64,000 nucleotides of DNA, taken from positions 2,489 to 66,488 of IMG/VR virus record IMGVR_UViG_3300032224_001473, one strand, 5' to 3'. Both the position numbers and the translations under genes were made by a program. Positions 41,374-50,937 of this stretch are shown here, piece by piece. The notes beneath the pieces were generated by a model that was not told the origin of the DNA, did not search any database, and saw only the letters and a list, made by a program, of their open reading frames with translations. This DNA comes from a virus. The first letter of the stretch is position 1. Every line of letters starts with the position of its first letter.

Positions 41374-42639
41374 ATGAAAGTAAGTGAAATCAAACAATTA
41401 ATCGAAAGTATAGTTACTGACGAAGTTAGAAAAACTATAATGGAAGAAGCTGAAGGTAAAAAAGAAGTATACCATATCAAATGTGAAGGTATTCCTTTAG
41501 GTACATATGAAAGCGAAGAAGATGCTGAGAAAGACATGGATAAGTTCAAAAAAGAACATCCAGGTAAAGAACTTATCATTGAAAAAGGTATTTATGACTC
41601 ACAAGAGGATATGATAGATAAATTAGATGAAATGAATGATCAATTAGAAGAAACAGACGATATGGAAAATACAGAAATGCAACCTGAAGAAGGAAACGCA
41701 TTTAGTGGTGCTTTAGCTGCCGCTAAATTAAAAGGTGAAAAAGAATTTAAAGTAGGTGATAAAGAATATGATGTAAAAGAGGAAGAAGAATGTGATGAGT
41801 GTGGTAGTGGTTACATGGAAGAAGAGGAAGAAGGTGACGATGATTTTGAAGAAATGTTAAGAGGTAGAAGAAGAAAACATAGTTATGTGGATAAAGGTGA
41901 AGAAACACCTGAAGACATGAATGAAAACAAACAGATGTGTTCTGAATGTGGTAATATGTTAACCGCAGAAGGTGAATGTAATGAGTGTGGTAATAAAATG
42001 TACGAATCAAAAAAGAAAAAAATACGTTTAAGTGAAACTGAATTAACTAAAATGATAGCTAAAATGGTTAGTGAATCAATACCAGGTTTAGACGCCGCAA
42101 AGAAAGCACATACTGAAAGTGGTAAAGAAAATAAAGCAAATATTTCTGCAGTTGAAAAGAAAATTGCTGCAACAATGAAATTCGATGGTAATGATAATCC
42201 TGAATTTCCTAAGGCTATCGGTAAAGGTGAAAAAGTTGCAAGAAAAAATACTACAGCACAAGAAGATGAGATCAAGAAAAACTTCGCAGGTTTAGAAAAT
42301 TTAGATTACGATATTGAACCGGATGATAAATTTAAAGATAGACTAAAAAAAGCAATTGAAGGACATACAACAATGGGTAATGCTCCAACAACGGAAAAGA
42401 CAGATGTAAAACCATCCAATGGTGCAAAACTTGGTGAAGAACCTAAAGATAAAGACGGTAATGTAATTCCAACACCTGAAACGGCCAAAGGAATTGAAAA
42501 ACAAGTTAAAGACAGACAAAAAGATAAGGATAGTAGAGAGTTATATAACAAACAAGCCGTTCCGGTTAAAACTAAATCAATCAACGAAGAAGTTGAGAAG
42601 ATGAAGAAAATGTTTAAATACAACGAAAAAACTCAATAA
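41374..42639 (+). CDS. Acidic protein with CxEC repeats (possible head-internal or scaffold protein)
   Basis: TATTTATA box upstream. CDECG, CSECG and CNECG repeats, plus IRLSETEL and SINEEV motifs. Confidence 0.65.
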   Translation: MKVSEIKQLIESIVTDEVRKTIMEEAEGKKEVYHIKCEGIPLGTYESEEDAEKDMDKFKKEHPGKELIIEKGIYDSQEDMIDKLDEMNDQLEETDDMENTEMQPEEGNAFSGALAAAKLKGEKEFKVGDKEYDVKEEEECDECGSGYMEEEEEGDDDFEEMLRGRRRKHSYVDKGEETPEDMNENKQMCSECGNMLTAEGECNECGNKMYESKKKKIRLSETELTKMIAKMVSESIPGLDAAKKAHTESGKENKANISAVEKKIAATMKFDGNDNPEFPKAIGKGEKVARKNTTAQEDEIKKNFAGLENLDYDIEPDDKFKDRLKKAIEGHTTMGNAPTTEKTDVKPSNGAKLGEEPKDKDGNVIPTPETAKGIEKQVKDRQKDKDSRELYNKQAVPVKTKSINEEVEKMKKMFKYNEKTQ

Positions 42640-42666
42640 TACCTTTTAAATCTTTTCATTAATCTT

Positions 42667-42674
42667 TATATTTG
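42667..42674 (+). promoter_or_regulatory. Bacteroidota-type -7 promoter element (TAnnTTTG)
   Basis: TATATTTG in an intergenic gap, 15 nt upstream of ATG 42690. Confidence 0.55.
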
Positions 42675-42689
42675 TATTATAATGAAGTT

Positions 42690-43145
42690 ATGGAAAATAA
42701 AGAGAATTATTTAGAGTTTATTGGGTCGGAAAATTACAAACAACAAATTGATGTATGGTATAGGGCATACAATATCAGTAGAGAAAAGACAGAACTTTTC
42801 TATGATTTTCTTATTTCATTATATAATTTAATTGAAGAGACTTATTTAGGTCCCGATGCGGTTAAAACAACCGATGACCAAATGAACCATTTTACATGGT
42901 GTTGGGATAAGGCGGTAGATAGTTTTAGTAAAGAAAAAATTTATTTTAAAGAAAGGGGTAACGCATATGAATATATGTGGAATTTTTATTTAGAGGCTTA
43001 TTATTACCCTAAGAATTTAGAAAATACAATAAGAATACCAGAATATTTTTATGTACTTTTTGACTTTGTACATCGAAAAACCAGATCTGAACTGGATATG
43101 TTAACAGAATTATACAAATTGTTAGAACAAAACTTGAAAAAGTGA
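42690..43145 (+). CDS. Hypothetical protein
   Basis: Start chosen at ATG 42690 (MENKENY). Confidence 0.7.
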   Translation: MENKENYLEFIGSENYKQQIDVWYRAYNISREKTELFYDFLISLYNLIEETYLGPDAVKTTDDQMNHFTWCWDKAVDSFSKEKIYFKERGNAYEYMWNFYLEAYYYPKNLENTIRIPEYFYVLFDFVHRKTRSELDMLTELYKLLEQNLKK

Positions 43146-43184
43146 ATTTTTTTCCATATATTGATATTAAAATCGTAATAAAAT

Positions 43185-43376
43185 ATGGAAACCTTAAAAA
43201 AAATTGACGAACTTTTCATGAAGATGAAAGTTGACACGGAGAAGGTTTATGGAAAGGGTAACAGAAGCGCTTCTATTAGAGCAAGAAAATACGCCCAAGA
43301 AATAAAACAATTAATTGGAGTCTACAGAAAAGAGATCCTTGATGAAATGAAACAACATGATGATGCAACAAATTAA
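43185..43376 (+). CDS. Histone H1-like (Hc1 family, Bacteroidota type) small DNA-binding protein
   Basis: KGNRSASIRARK...EIKQL...YRK matches the KGNKAAGxRARK pattern. Confidence 0.75.
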   Translation: METLKKIDELFMKMKVDTEKVYGKGNRSASIRARKYAQEIKQLIGVYRKEILDEMKQHDDATN

Positions 43377-43539
43377 ACTTTTCTTTTTTGTATTAGGTAT
43401 ATTATATCTTACAAAATTTTTACTTGAATTTATTGTAAAATTATTTCAAGAAAACCCTGAACCGATGAAATTATCTAATGTGGAACAAATAATCCTATTA
43501 GTTGCATCTTCATATATAATAACTTACATTTTAACTTAA
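43357..43539 (+). CDS. Small two-TM membrane protein
   Basis: Two hydrophobic stretches. Confidence 0.6.
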   Translation: MMMQQIKLFFFVLGILYLTKFLLEFIVKLFQENPEPMKLSNVEQIILLVASSYIITYILT

Positions 43540-43543
43540 TACC

Positions 43544-43999
43544 GTGTTTGAAGAAATAAAATCATTAAGACCACATTTTCATTCTTTAAGAGAGATACAA
43601 AATAATGTTAGTTTAGACATTAAAGTACCTTTATCTTGGAAGTATGAAGATATAGTAAAACCATATAGAACTGTTACTTTAAAAGTGCAGGACAAAAACG
43701 ATAAATTTAATTTGGTATCATTTATATCACAGGCAACACAAGAAGGATATGATGTTTTATTTGCATGTGCTGACGAAATATTTAAGTATAATAAAGAAGA
43801 AGAGGAAAAACAAAAGTTGTTCCATCAAAAAGTAAAAGAATTACAAGAATTATTTAAAACAGAAACTTTAGATAAATTAAAAGAGATAAACCTAACTGAT
43901 AATTATGGACAAGAAATTACAACAGGGATTGAATTGGTTGGACAAGGAGATGAAGAAGGATCAGAAGGAAGTGGAGATACAGAAGACGAGGATGATTGA
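43544..43999 (+). CDS. Hypothetical protein
   Basis: GTG start, 151 aa, acidic tail. Confidence 0.65.
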   Translation: MFEEIKSLRPHFHSLREIQNNVSLDIKVPLSWKYEDIVKPYRTVTLKVQDKNDKFNLVSFISQATQEGYDVLFACADEIFKYNKEEEEKQKLFHQKVKELQELFKTETLDKLKEINLTDNYGQEITTGIELVGQGDEEGSEGSGDTEDEDD

Positions 44000-44102
44000 T
44001 GAAATAAAAAAAATTAATAAGGAAGAGTTGTTTAAACCAAAAAAGAAAGTATCTATAATAGACAAATTATTAAAGATATTAGGTTATGGAAAAAAAAGGT
44101 GA
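43905..44102 (+). CDS. Hypothetical small basic protein
   Basis: ATG start. Overlaps the upstream gene and fills the gap to the next one. Confidence 0.55.
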   Translation: MDKKLQQGLNWLDKEMKKDQKEVEIQKTRMIDEIKKINKEELFKPKKKVSIIDKLLKILGYGKKR

Positions 44103-44319
44103 GTTATTAAATCAATTGGCAATCATAAGTGACTTATTAGAAAAGTTAAACACAAATACAGAATCAAAAACTATTGTATTAAACTTAAAAGAGGAAGAAT
44201 TTTTAATTGCATTTAATCTAATACAAAAAAAATACGGAAGAAGAATTGAAAAACCAGAAGAAACGTTTACTATAAAAATAGGTGAAGTGGATATTATTTT
44301 TAATATGAGTAATGTCTAA
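44086..44319 (+). CDS. Hypothetical protein
   Basis: 77 aa, convergent with the minus-strand gene. Confidence 0.6.
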   Translation: MEKKGELLNQLAIISDLLEKLNTNTESKTIVLNLKEEEFLIAFNLIQKKYGRRIEKPEETFTIKIGEVDIIFNMSNV

Positions 44320-44938
44320 ATAATTCACGTCTATTAAATCCTTTAGACTCTAACAATTTATATAATTGTTCTCTTTGGTAGGTTGTAATGTCTTTGACAA
44401 ACATAAAGTTCGTCTTTTTCTTTTTAAGAAGGTCTTGTTTTAATAATTCAAATAATCTATCGGAGTCATTAAGATTTTTATTACCGTACATCTTAACGTC
44501 ATCCTCAATCTGAACAAATAGATTTTTATTTAATGTGAATATTTGAGTAATTTCAGTAATTGGTAGAATTTTATCCACCATCTCATGATACCTAATTCTT
44601 TTCTTAGTCCCAAAATCATATATCAATTCTTCCTGCCAATACGGTAGGATTTCTTTTATACGAAATTTATCGTCTTCAATCTTAGCTTCCATATTCCTAC
44701 CTAAACTATCTTTGACGTATGTTGCAGTTGCCCAACGGTTGTTTGGGTAGATTAAAGCGATCTCATAAACTAACTCTTGTTTGCGTTTACTACCTTGAAC
44801 TTTTAGAAATGGAGGTACACGCTGTGTTTTAAATTCCCTCCAGTATTCATATACGGTGGTTCTTTTCATACAACGGTATAATACTTTCACTCTTTTTTTA
44901 TTACAAAAAAGAACTATAAAATATTTTCCTTTTTTCAT
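44300..44938 (-). CDS. Hypothetical basic protein
   Basis: 212 aa. Local strand composition flips here, consistent with a real minus-strand gene. Confidence 0.75.
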   Translation of the reverse strand: MKKGKYFIVLFCNKKRVKVLYRCMKRTTVYEYWREFKTQRVPPFLKVQGSKRKQELVYEIALIYPNNRWATATYVKDSLGRNMEAKIEDDKFRIKEILPYWQEELIYDFGTKKRIRYHEMVDKILPITEITQIFTLNKNLFVQIEDDVKMYGNKNLNDSDRLFELLKQDLLKKKKTNFMFVKDITTYQREQLYKLLESKGFNRRELFRHYSY

Positions 44939-45084
44939 ATTAATTTAGTTATTAAGGTGTATAAACCATACCCACCTAATAAAAACCAAACAATAGTAAA
45001 AATGACAATACCTGTGGAGACAAATTGAGTTGTCTTTTCCACATCTTCCCTTAATTGTTTTTTCTTACATGTGCTACAAGCCAT
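44935..45084 (-). CDS. Small membrane protein with an N-terminal CxxC (not in ORF track)
   Basis: MACSTCKKKQLREDVEKTTQFVSTGIVIFTIVWFLLGGYGLYTLITKLI*, 49 aa. Its stop overlaps the next ATG (ATGA). Confidence 0.65.
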   Translation of the reverse strand: MACSTCKKKQLREDVEKTTQFVSTGIVIFTIVWFLLGGYGLYTLITKLI

Positions 45085-45156
45085 AATAAAATATATACTT
45101 TAAATTTCTCTTTATCAAATATTTTGGTTATATTTTTTGATATAAATGAATGATTA

Positions 45157-46128
45157 ATGATTAGTTACATCGGAGGAAAGGCACGAATAGGTAAATGGAT
45201 AGTTCCACATATACCCACAGATATTGAAACATATGTTGAGGGTTTTAGCGGTATGTTCTGGGTATTCTTTAATATGGATTTAAGTAAGTTCCCAAATCTA
45301 AAAACGGTCGTTTATAATGACTTTAATCGTCTTAATGCTAACTTGATGAAATGGACTAAACAATATGATGTTTTACATCAGGCGTTATCAACGTACCCAT
45401 GTCAAACGGTTGGAGTTGAAGATACACCACCCGAATATGAACAAATGTTTAATCAATATCAAAAAGAAGTGTTTAATCCTGAATTGGTTATAACAGAAGA
45501 GAATAGTTTAGAAATAACTTGTAAGTATGTTTATGTATTAACACAAGTATTCTCAGGATCAAAACCTGAAACATCTTCATATACAGATTATAAAGGAGTT
45601 TATCGTTGTAAGGTTTTAATCTTTATGGATAAGTTAAAAAATTCAAAATATAGAGAACATATTGATCGTATTAGTTTTGTTGAGAATAAAGATTTTTGTG
45701 ACGTTGTAAAACAATATGATTCACCAACAACTTATTTCTATATGGATCCACCATATTGGAAAACTGAAAATTATTATTCTAATCATGACTTTGACGTGAA
45801 TGACCATATTAGATTGGCGGAATGTATGAAAGGTATTGAAGGTAAATTTAGTTTATCATATTATGATTTTCCTCAATTAGTTGAGTGGTTCCCAATTGAT
45901 CAATTTGAATGGAGAAGAGAAAACTTTAAGAAAGCCGCCGCCGCCAAGAAAGACGGAACCCAAAACGAGGGAACAGAATTATTAATTATGAACTACAAAG
46001 CACCACAAGTTGAAGGTAAAGTTGCAAAAATTAAAAGATTGGCTGAAGAGAAAATTGAAAGAGAAGAGAAACAAAAATTAAAAAAATTAGAAACTGAATT
46101 AAAGAATAAATTAAAGGATATAAAATAA
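45157..46128 (+). CDS. Dam-family (D12 class) N6-adenine DNA methyltransferase
   Basis: SYIGGK, YVEGFSG, YND.N, YMDPPY, LSYY and ELLIMNY motifs. Confidence 0.9.
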   Translation: MISYIGGKARIGKWIVPHIPTDIETYVEGFSGMFWVFFNMDLSKFPNLKTVVYNDFNRLNANLMKWTKQYDVLHQALSTYPCQTVGVEDTPPEYEQMFNQYQKEVFNPELVITEENSLEITCKYVYVLTQVFSGSKPETSSYTDYKGVYRCKVLIFMDKLKNSKYREHIDRISFVENKDFCDVVKQYDSPTTYFYMDPPYWKTENYYSNHDFDVNDHIRLAECMKGIEGKFSLSYYDFPQLVEWFPIDQFEWRRENFKKAAAAKKDGTQNEGTELLIMNYKAPQVEGKVAKIKRLAEEKIEREEKQKLKKLETELKNKLKDIK

Positions 46129-46133
46129 AAGAC

Positions 46134-46658
46134 ATGAATACAGCATGGTATGTGGTAAAAGTTTTACCTGGTAAAGAAAGATCATTAACTGAACAATTTA
46201 ATAAAGATATTGGGTTAGGTAGAATTTCTAATGTTATGAGATTTATTTGTCCAACAGAAAAAGAATTTGTTGTTGTAAAAAATAAAAAAACATTAAGAGA
46301 GAAAGTTCTTTATAGTGGGTATCTTTATTTTGAAGCACCAAAGAAATTAGAAGAGGACGATTTAAAAATTATATCTTTGATTCCTAATATTATGGGTATG
46401 ATGGGTGATAGGATGCCAATGTTATTAAAAGAAAATGATGTTAGAAGAATATTAAAAGATGATACGTTGGAAGAACATATTGAAAGTAAAAAATTAAAAT
46501 TTGACAATGGAGAACCTATTATAGTATGTGATGGACCATTTAAAGACTTTAATGGTATCATTAAAGAACTTAAGGGAGATAGAGTGGATGTTGAAATAAA
46601 AATATTTGGAAGGAATACCGCAGTTTCATTAACTTTGGAACAAATACAGAAACCTTAA
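46134..46658 (+). CDS. nusG: Transcription antitermination factor NusG
   Basis: NGN domain WYVVKVLPGKE...YSGYLY, and KOW domain DGPFKDFNG...IFGRNTAV.L. Confidence 0.9.
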   Translation: MNTAWYVVKVLPGKERSLTEQFNKDIGLGRISNVMRFICPTEKEFVVVKNKKTLREKVLYSGYLYFEAPKKLEEDDLKIISLIPNIMGMMGDRMPMLLKENDVRRILKDDTLEEHIESKKLKFDNGEPIIVCDGPFKDFNGIIKELKGDRVDVEIKIFGRNTAVSLTLEQIQKP

Positions 46659-46993
46659 TGGATAAAATATCGCCTGAAGTTTTGATATATCTTCAATCGG
46701 TTAAAAACTACTTTGAAACCAATATAGAAGCAAAAGAATTCTTTTTAAGCAATTCAAATGAGGAGTTATTTTATAAACATATGACTGAGATTGCTCAAAA
46801 GAATTTTGATAAAAACGGAACAGCAACATTGGACAGAGAACAATTTGAACTATTAAGAAAAACAATAGCAGCTATTACCGTTATAAGCGAAACAAAATTT
46901 AAAAACGGAGTAGAATTTAAAAAAGAAGACTTTGATTACGATAATGGGGTGTTTATTGGATTCCCTAATTTTGGAATGATATGTCTTAATTAA
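46658..46993 (+). CDS. Hypothetical protein
   Basis: 111 aa, coupled to nusG. Confidence 0.65.
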   Translation: MDKISPEVLIYLQSVKNYFETNIEAKEFFLSNSNEELFYKHMTEIAQKNFDKNGTATLDREQFELLRKTIAAITVISETKFKNGVEFKKEDFDYDNGVFIGFPNFGMICLN

Positions 46994-47001
46994 AATATTA
47001 T

Positions 47002-48084
47002 ATGAATAAGAATTTACCAATTAATTATTCCATTTACGATACTGTTTATGGAAATGAAATACCAACAGAACAATATTATGTTATAAAGTATGACAAATTA
47101 CCGTCAAAGTTTACTGACATAAGTATGTCGTATGAACCTGAAATTATTGAAGAAATAAAAAATAATGGATTTGTTGAAGTTATAAAAATTAATATCAAAT
47201 CTAAAACTTATGAATCATCAACACAATCTTTATTTATAAATGATGTTGCTGGAATTTTTGTAAGAACGTATAAATCAAGTAGAGGACATAAAGAACCAAA
47301 AGAAAATCATATTCATATAGAATTTGCTTACGACGGAACAAAGGGAGGTATTAAAGAACAAATTGATTTTAATGTCTTCAAGAAATATGAGATTGCGAAA
47401 AAGAAAGCTAATATTCAACTTGTTAAAAGCGATATGGGTCATTTAGATACGGAAGAATACGATTTATATGTCCCACCAACAGATTTAGAATTAAATTATG
47501 GAAGTGACTTTAATAAGATTCATGAGGTTATCGTTGAAAGATTGAATAAAAATAACGATAAGGGGATAATTTTACTTCACGGAGATCCTGGTACTGGTAA
47601 GACATCTTATATTAAACATTTAACCACCTTAGTTAAAGACAAAGATATTTTGTTTATTCCACCATCAATGGCGGAGATGTTATCTGAACCAACCATTATT
47701 CCATTCTTGATGGATCATAAAAACTCAGTTTTAATAATTGAGGATGCTGAACGAGTTATATCAGATAGAGAAGGTAACGGGTCACCGGCAGGTGTATCTA
47801 ACATCCTTAACTTAACTGACGGTATTTTGGGAGATTGTTTAAATATCCAAGTCATAGCAACCTTCAATATGAAGAGAGAGAAGATTGATCAAGCATTACT
47901 TCGTAAGGGTCGTTTAATTGCGGAACATAAGTTTGAGAAATTATCGGTGGAGGAAACTAACAAATTATTAAAACATTTAGAAAAAGATCAAATAGTTGAG
48001 GAAGGTATGGTTTTAGCTGATATTTATAACATAGACACAGAAGTCTATAAAACATCCACAAAAGGAAATAAAATAGGATTTTAA
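47002..48084 (+). CDS. AAA+ ATPase
   Basis: Walker A GDPGTGKT, Walker B IIEDAE, and SRH ATFN...IDQALLRKGR. Confidence 0.9.
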   Translation: MNKNLPINYSIYDTVYGNEIPTEQYYVIKYDKLPSKFTDISMSYEPEIIEEIKNNGFVEVIKINIKSKTYESSTQSLFINDVAGIFVRTYKSSRGHKEPKENHIHIEFAYDGTKGGIKEQIDFNVFKKYEIAKKKANIQLVKSDMGHLDTEEYDLYVPPTDLELNYGSDFNKIHEVIVERLNKNNDKGIILLHGDPGTGKTSYIKHLTTLVKDKDILFIPPSMAEMLSEPTIIPFLMDHKNSVLIIEDAERVISDREGNGSPAGVSNILNLTDGILGDCLNIQVIATFNMKREKIDQALLRKGRLIAEHKFEKLSVEETNKLLKHLEKDQIVEEGMVLADIYNIDTEVYKTSTKGNKIGF

Positions 48085-48093
48085 AATTATAAA

Positions 48094-48399
48094 ATGGAAT
48101 ACGTTACATCCGCACAAGTTGCACAATTACAATCAGAAGGAAAAAAATTATTAGTTCAGTACACTGCCGATTGGTGTTCACCATGTAGAGCACTAACCCC
48201 AAGATTATCTAATTTATCTAACAAATATTCAGATATAACATTTGTTAAAGTAAATGTTGATGAAAATCAAGATGCGGTTATGGAGTTAGGTGTTAGCACA
48301 GTACCTACAATTATGATTTACGATGGAGATACATTAATAAATAGATCAGTTGGTGCTAACGTTGACAGTGTATATAGTAAAATTTTAGATACATTATAA
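48094..48399 (+). CDS. Thioredoxin
   Basis: ADWCSPC, KVNVDE and VPT motifs. Confidence 0.9.
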   Translation: MEYVTSAQVAQLQSEGKKLLVQYTADWCSPCRALTPRLSNLSNKYSDITFVKVNVDENQDAVMELGVSTVPTIMIYDGDTLINRSVGANVDSVYSKILDTL

Positions 48400-48400
48400 T

Positions 48401-48667
48401 ATGGAGGTTCTTGTTTTTTCATTAAGTGATTGTGTACATTGTAAAGATCTTAAAACAAGATTAACTAACACAAAAATACCATTTAAAAATTTTGATATCG
48501 ATCAACATGGATTATTTTGGAAAGAAATTGTTAAACAAACGGGAGAAAACGTTGTACCAACAGTTTGTTTATATGATAATGATGAAAAAATAAATATTTT
48601 TATACCAGGAAAAGACTTTAATAATGGGGATGAGGCTATCAAAATCATAAAAAAATACACATTATAA
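48401..48667 (+). CDS. Glutaredoxin/NrdH-like protein
   Basis: CVHC and VPT motifs, 88 aa. Confidence 0.82.
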   Translation: MEVLVFSLSDCVHCKDLKTRLTNTKIPFKNFDIDQHGLFWKEIVKQTGENVVPTVCLYDNDEKINIFIPGKDFNNGDEAIKIIKKYTL

Positions 48668-48695
48668 AAAAAAAGGGTTTCAAACCCTTTTTTTT
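48666..48695. terminator. Bidirectional-type intrinsic terminator
   Basis: A9-GGGTT-tca-AACCC-T8. Confidence 0.8.
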
Positions 48696-48744
48696 ATGCC
48701 TATTAGTGGAATAAAAGTATTTATGTAAAAGACTTTACTTTTAC

Positions 48745-50922
48745 ATGGCACTACAAAGAATAAATTGGACTCAGATTGAAACAGAAAATGTCACATCAGG
48801 CACTACAATTGATCTCGGTTCATCCACGACTCCATTAAATGCGGTCTACGTAAATAATTTATATGTTTCAGGAACAAGTTTATCGGATTTAGTTTCCGGT
48901 GGCGGTAATGGATCGTCGGGTACTTCCGGCAGTTCAGGTACTCGTGGTTCATCAGGTACTTCAGGTTCTTCAGGTTCATCGGGTATTAAAGGTTCGGACG
49001 GTACCTCAGGTACAAGTGGGTCTTCAGGAACATCTGGTGTTAACGGTACCTCAGGTTCTTCAGGTTCTTCAGGTGCGATAGGTGCAACAGGATCATCAGG
49101 TACATCAGGTACATCAGGGTTAAGTGGAACAAGTGGTTCATCAGGTCAGGATGGTGCAAATGGAACAAGTGGTTCATCAGGTACTTCAGGACAAGCGGGT
49201 TCATCAGGTACTTCAGGAAATGGTACGAGTGGTACGTCAGGTACATCTGGAGCAAGAGGTTCATCAGGTACATCAGGTTCTTCAGGAACTTCAAGTAATG
49301 GAACAAGTGGTTCATCAGGTACTTCAGGACAAAACGGTGCGAATGGTCAAAACGGAACAAGTGGTTCTTCAGGTACATCGGGACAAGCTGGATCCTCAGG
49401 AACTTCAGGTCAAGATGGTGTGAATGGTGTAAACGGACAAAACGGTTCATCAGGTACATCGGGAACAAGTGGTATTGCGGGTAATCATGGTACAAGTGGT
49501 ACATCGGGTACTTCTGGTTTAAGAGGGTCACACGGTAGTTCAGGTACTTCAGGTAATATATATCAAACATCTTCAACAACATATATTTCAGATATTGATG
49601 AACATGATGGTAATGAAGTTACGTTCACAGTAGATAGAGGTTTATCTTATACGGTAGGTCAAATTGCTATTGCGGCATATGACGTAAACGATTATTTAAT
49701 CGGTAGAGTTGTAAGTTATGTTAATACTCAACTTACATTATTAATATTAGAACATGCGGGAGGTAGCGGACACAATAGTTGGTCTATTAATTTATATAGT
49801 GCAATTAGTGGAGGTGCAGGTGGATCCTCAACTTTAAAAGTAACAGATGATACAACATTAGTTAATGGAGTATCAAAAATTACATTTGATGGTGCTCAAG
49901 TTACAGATAACGGATTAGGGAATGTAACGGTTACAGTTATTGGTGGTGGAGGATCGGGTTCTTCAGGAACATCGGGTTCTTCAGGAAACTCAGGTTCAAG
50001 TGGAACATCAGGTATTGCTGGAAGTGGTGGAACATCGGGTACAAGTGGTTCATCAGGTTCTAACGGATCTAGTGGTACGTCAGGATCTTCAGGTACATCA
50101 GGATCTAGTGGTTCATCAGGAACATCGGGAGCACAAGGTCCTTCAGGATCTAGTGGTACTTCAGGTGTTGCAGGGTCAAGTGGAACATCAGGAGCACAAG
50201 GTCCTTCAGGATCTAGTGGAACATCAGGATCACAAGGTCCTTCAGGATCTAGTGGTACATCAGGTACATCAGGTTCGTCAGGTGCTGCCGGTACAAGTGG
50301 AACATCAGGTTCATCAGGTTCATCAGGTTCATCAGGTTTATCAGGTTCATCAGGTACTTCAGGTTCATCTGGAACTCAAGGAACTTCAGGATCGTCAGGT
50401 ACTTCGGGAGGTACGGGTTCTTCAGGAACTTCAGGTAGTTCAGGAATAGCAGGAACTTCAGGTACAAGTGGTGCAACAGGAACAAGTGGAACTTCAGGTT
50501 CATCAGGTGTAGGCGCATCAGGTGCCGCTAAAATGTACCAAATTACATTGAATATGTCGGGTGGTAATATTGATGGAACAACACCATTTGCAAGTGTATT
50601 GGGACCAAACGGTGAAAATAAAACAACGTTGGAAGGATTGGGATGGACTTTTAGTTCACCATCATCACAAAAAATTACAGTTACAAGACCAAATAGTTTA
50701 CAAGTACAACCTATCGTTAATATTTTATCACATGGCGTGAATGGTTCGACAGTTAGAACAAATGCTTTAGTGGGTACATCAACCGGCACTCATAGTTGTT
50801 TTCAAACATATTCATCCCCAAATTGGACAAGTTTTGATATAAATGCAATAACAAACAATACAACTGGATGTGGGGGAAGTGGAGCTTCGACAGTAATAAT
50901 AACATTTGGGTTGGTTAGTTAA
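48745..50922 (+). CDS. Collagen-like (Gly-X-Ser) fibre protein 1
   Basis: Two long tracts with Gly at essentially every third residue (GTS/GSS), separated by globular domains. TATTTAT box upstream. Confidence 0.75.
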   Translation: MALQRINWTQIETENVTSGTTIDLGSSTTPLNAVYVNNLYVSGTSLSDLVSGGGNGSSGTSGSSGTRGSSGTSGSSGSSGIKGSDGTSGTSGSSGTSGVNGTSGSSGSSGAIGATGSSGTSGTSGLSGTSGSSGQDGANGTSGSSGTSGQAGSSGTSGNGTSGTSGTSGARGSSGTSGSSGTSSNGTSGSSGTSGQNGANGQNGTSGSSGTSGQAGSSGTSGQDGVNGVNGQNGSSGTSGTSGIAGNHGTSGTSGTSGLRGSHGSSGTSGNIYQTSSTTYISDIDEHDGNEVTFTVDRGLSYTVGQIAIAAYDVNDYLIGRVVSYVNTQLTLLILEHAGGSGHNSWSINLYSAISGGAGGSSTLKVTDDTTLVNGVSKITFDGAQVTDNGLGNVTVTVIGGGGSGSSGTSGSSGNSGSSGTSGIAGSGGTSGTSGSSGSNGSSGTSGSSGTSGSSGSSGTSGAQGPSGSSGTSGVAGSSGTSGAQGPSGSSGTSGSQGPSGSSGTSGTSGSSGAAGTSGTSGSSGSSGSSGLSGSSGTSGSSGTQGTSGSSGTSGGTGSSGTSGSSGIAGTSGTSGATGTSGTSGSSGVGASGAAKMYQITLNMSGGNIDGTTPFASVLGPNGENKTTLEGLGWTFSSPSSQKITVTRPNSLQVQPIVNILSHGVNGSTVRTNALVGTSTGTHSCFQTYSSPNWTSFDINAITNNTTGCGGSGASTVIITFGLVS

Positions 50923-50937
50923 AAATTTTAATTATAA

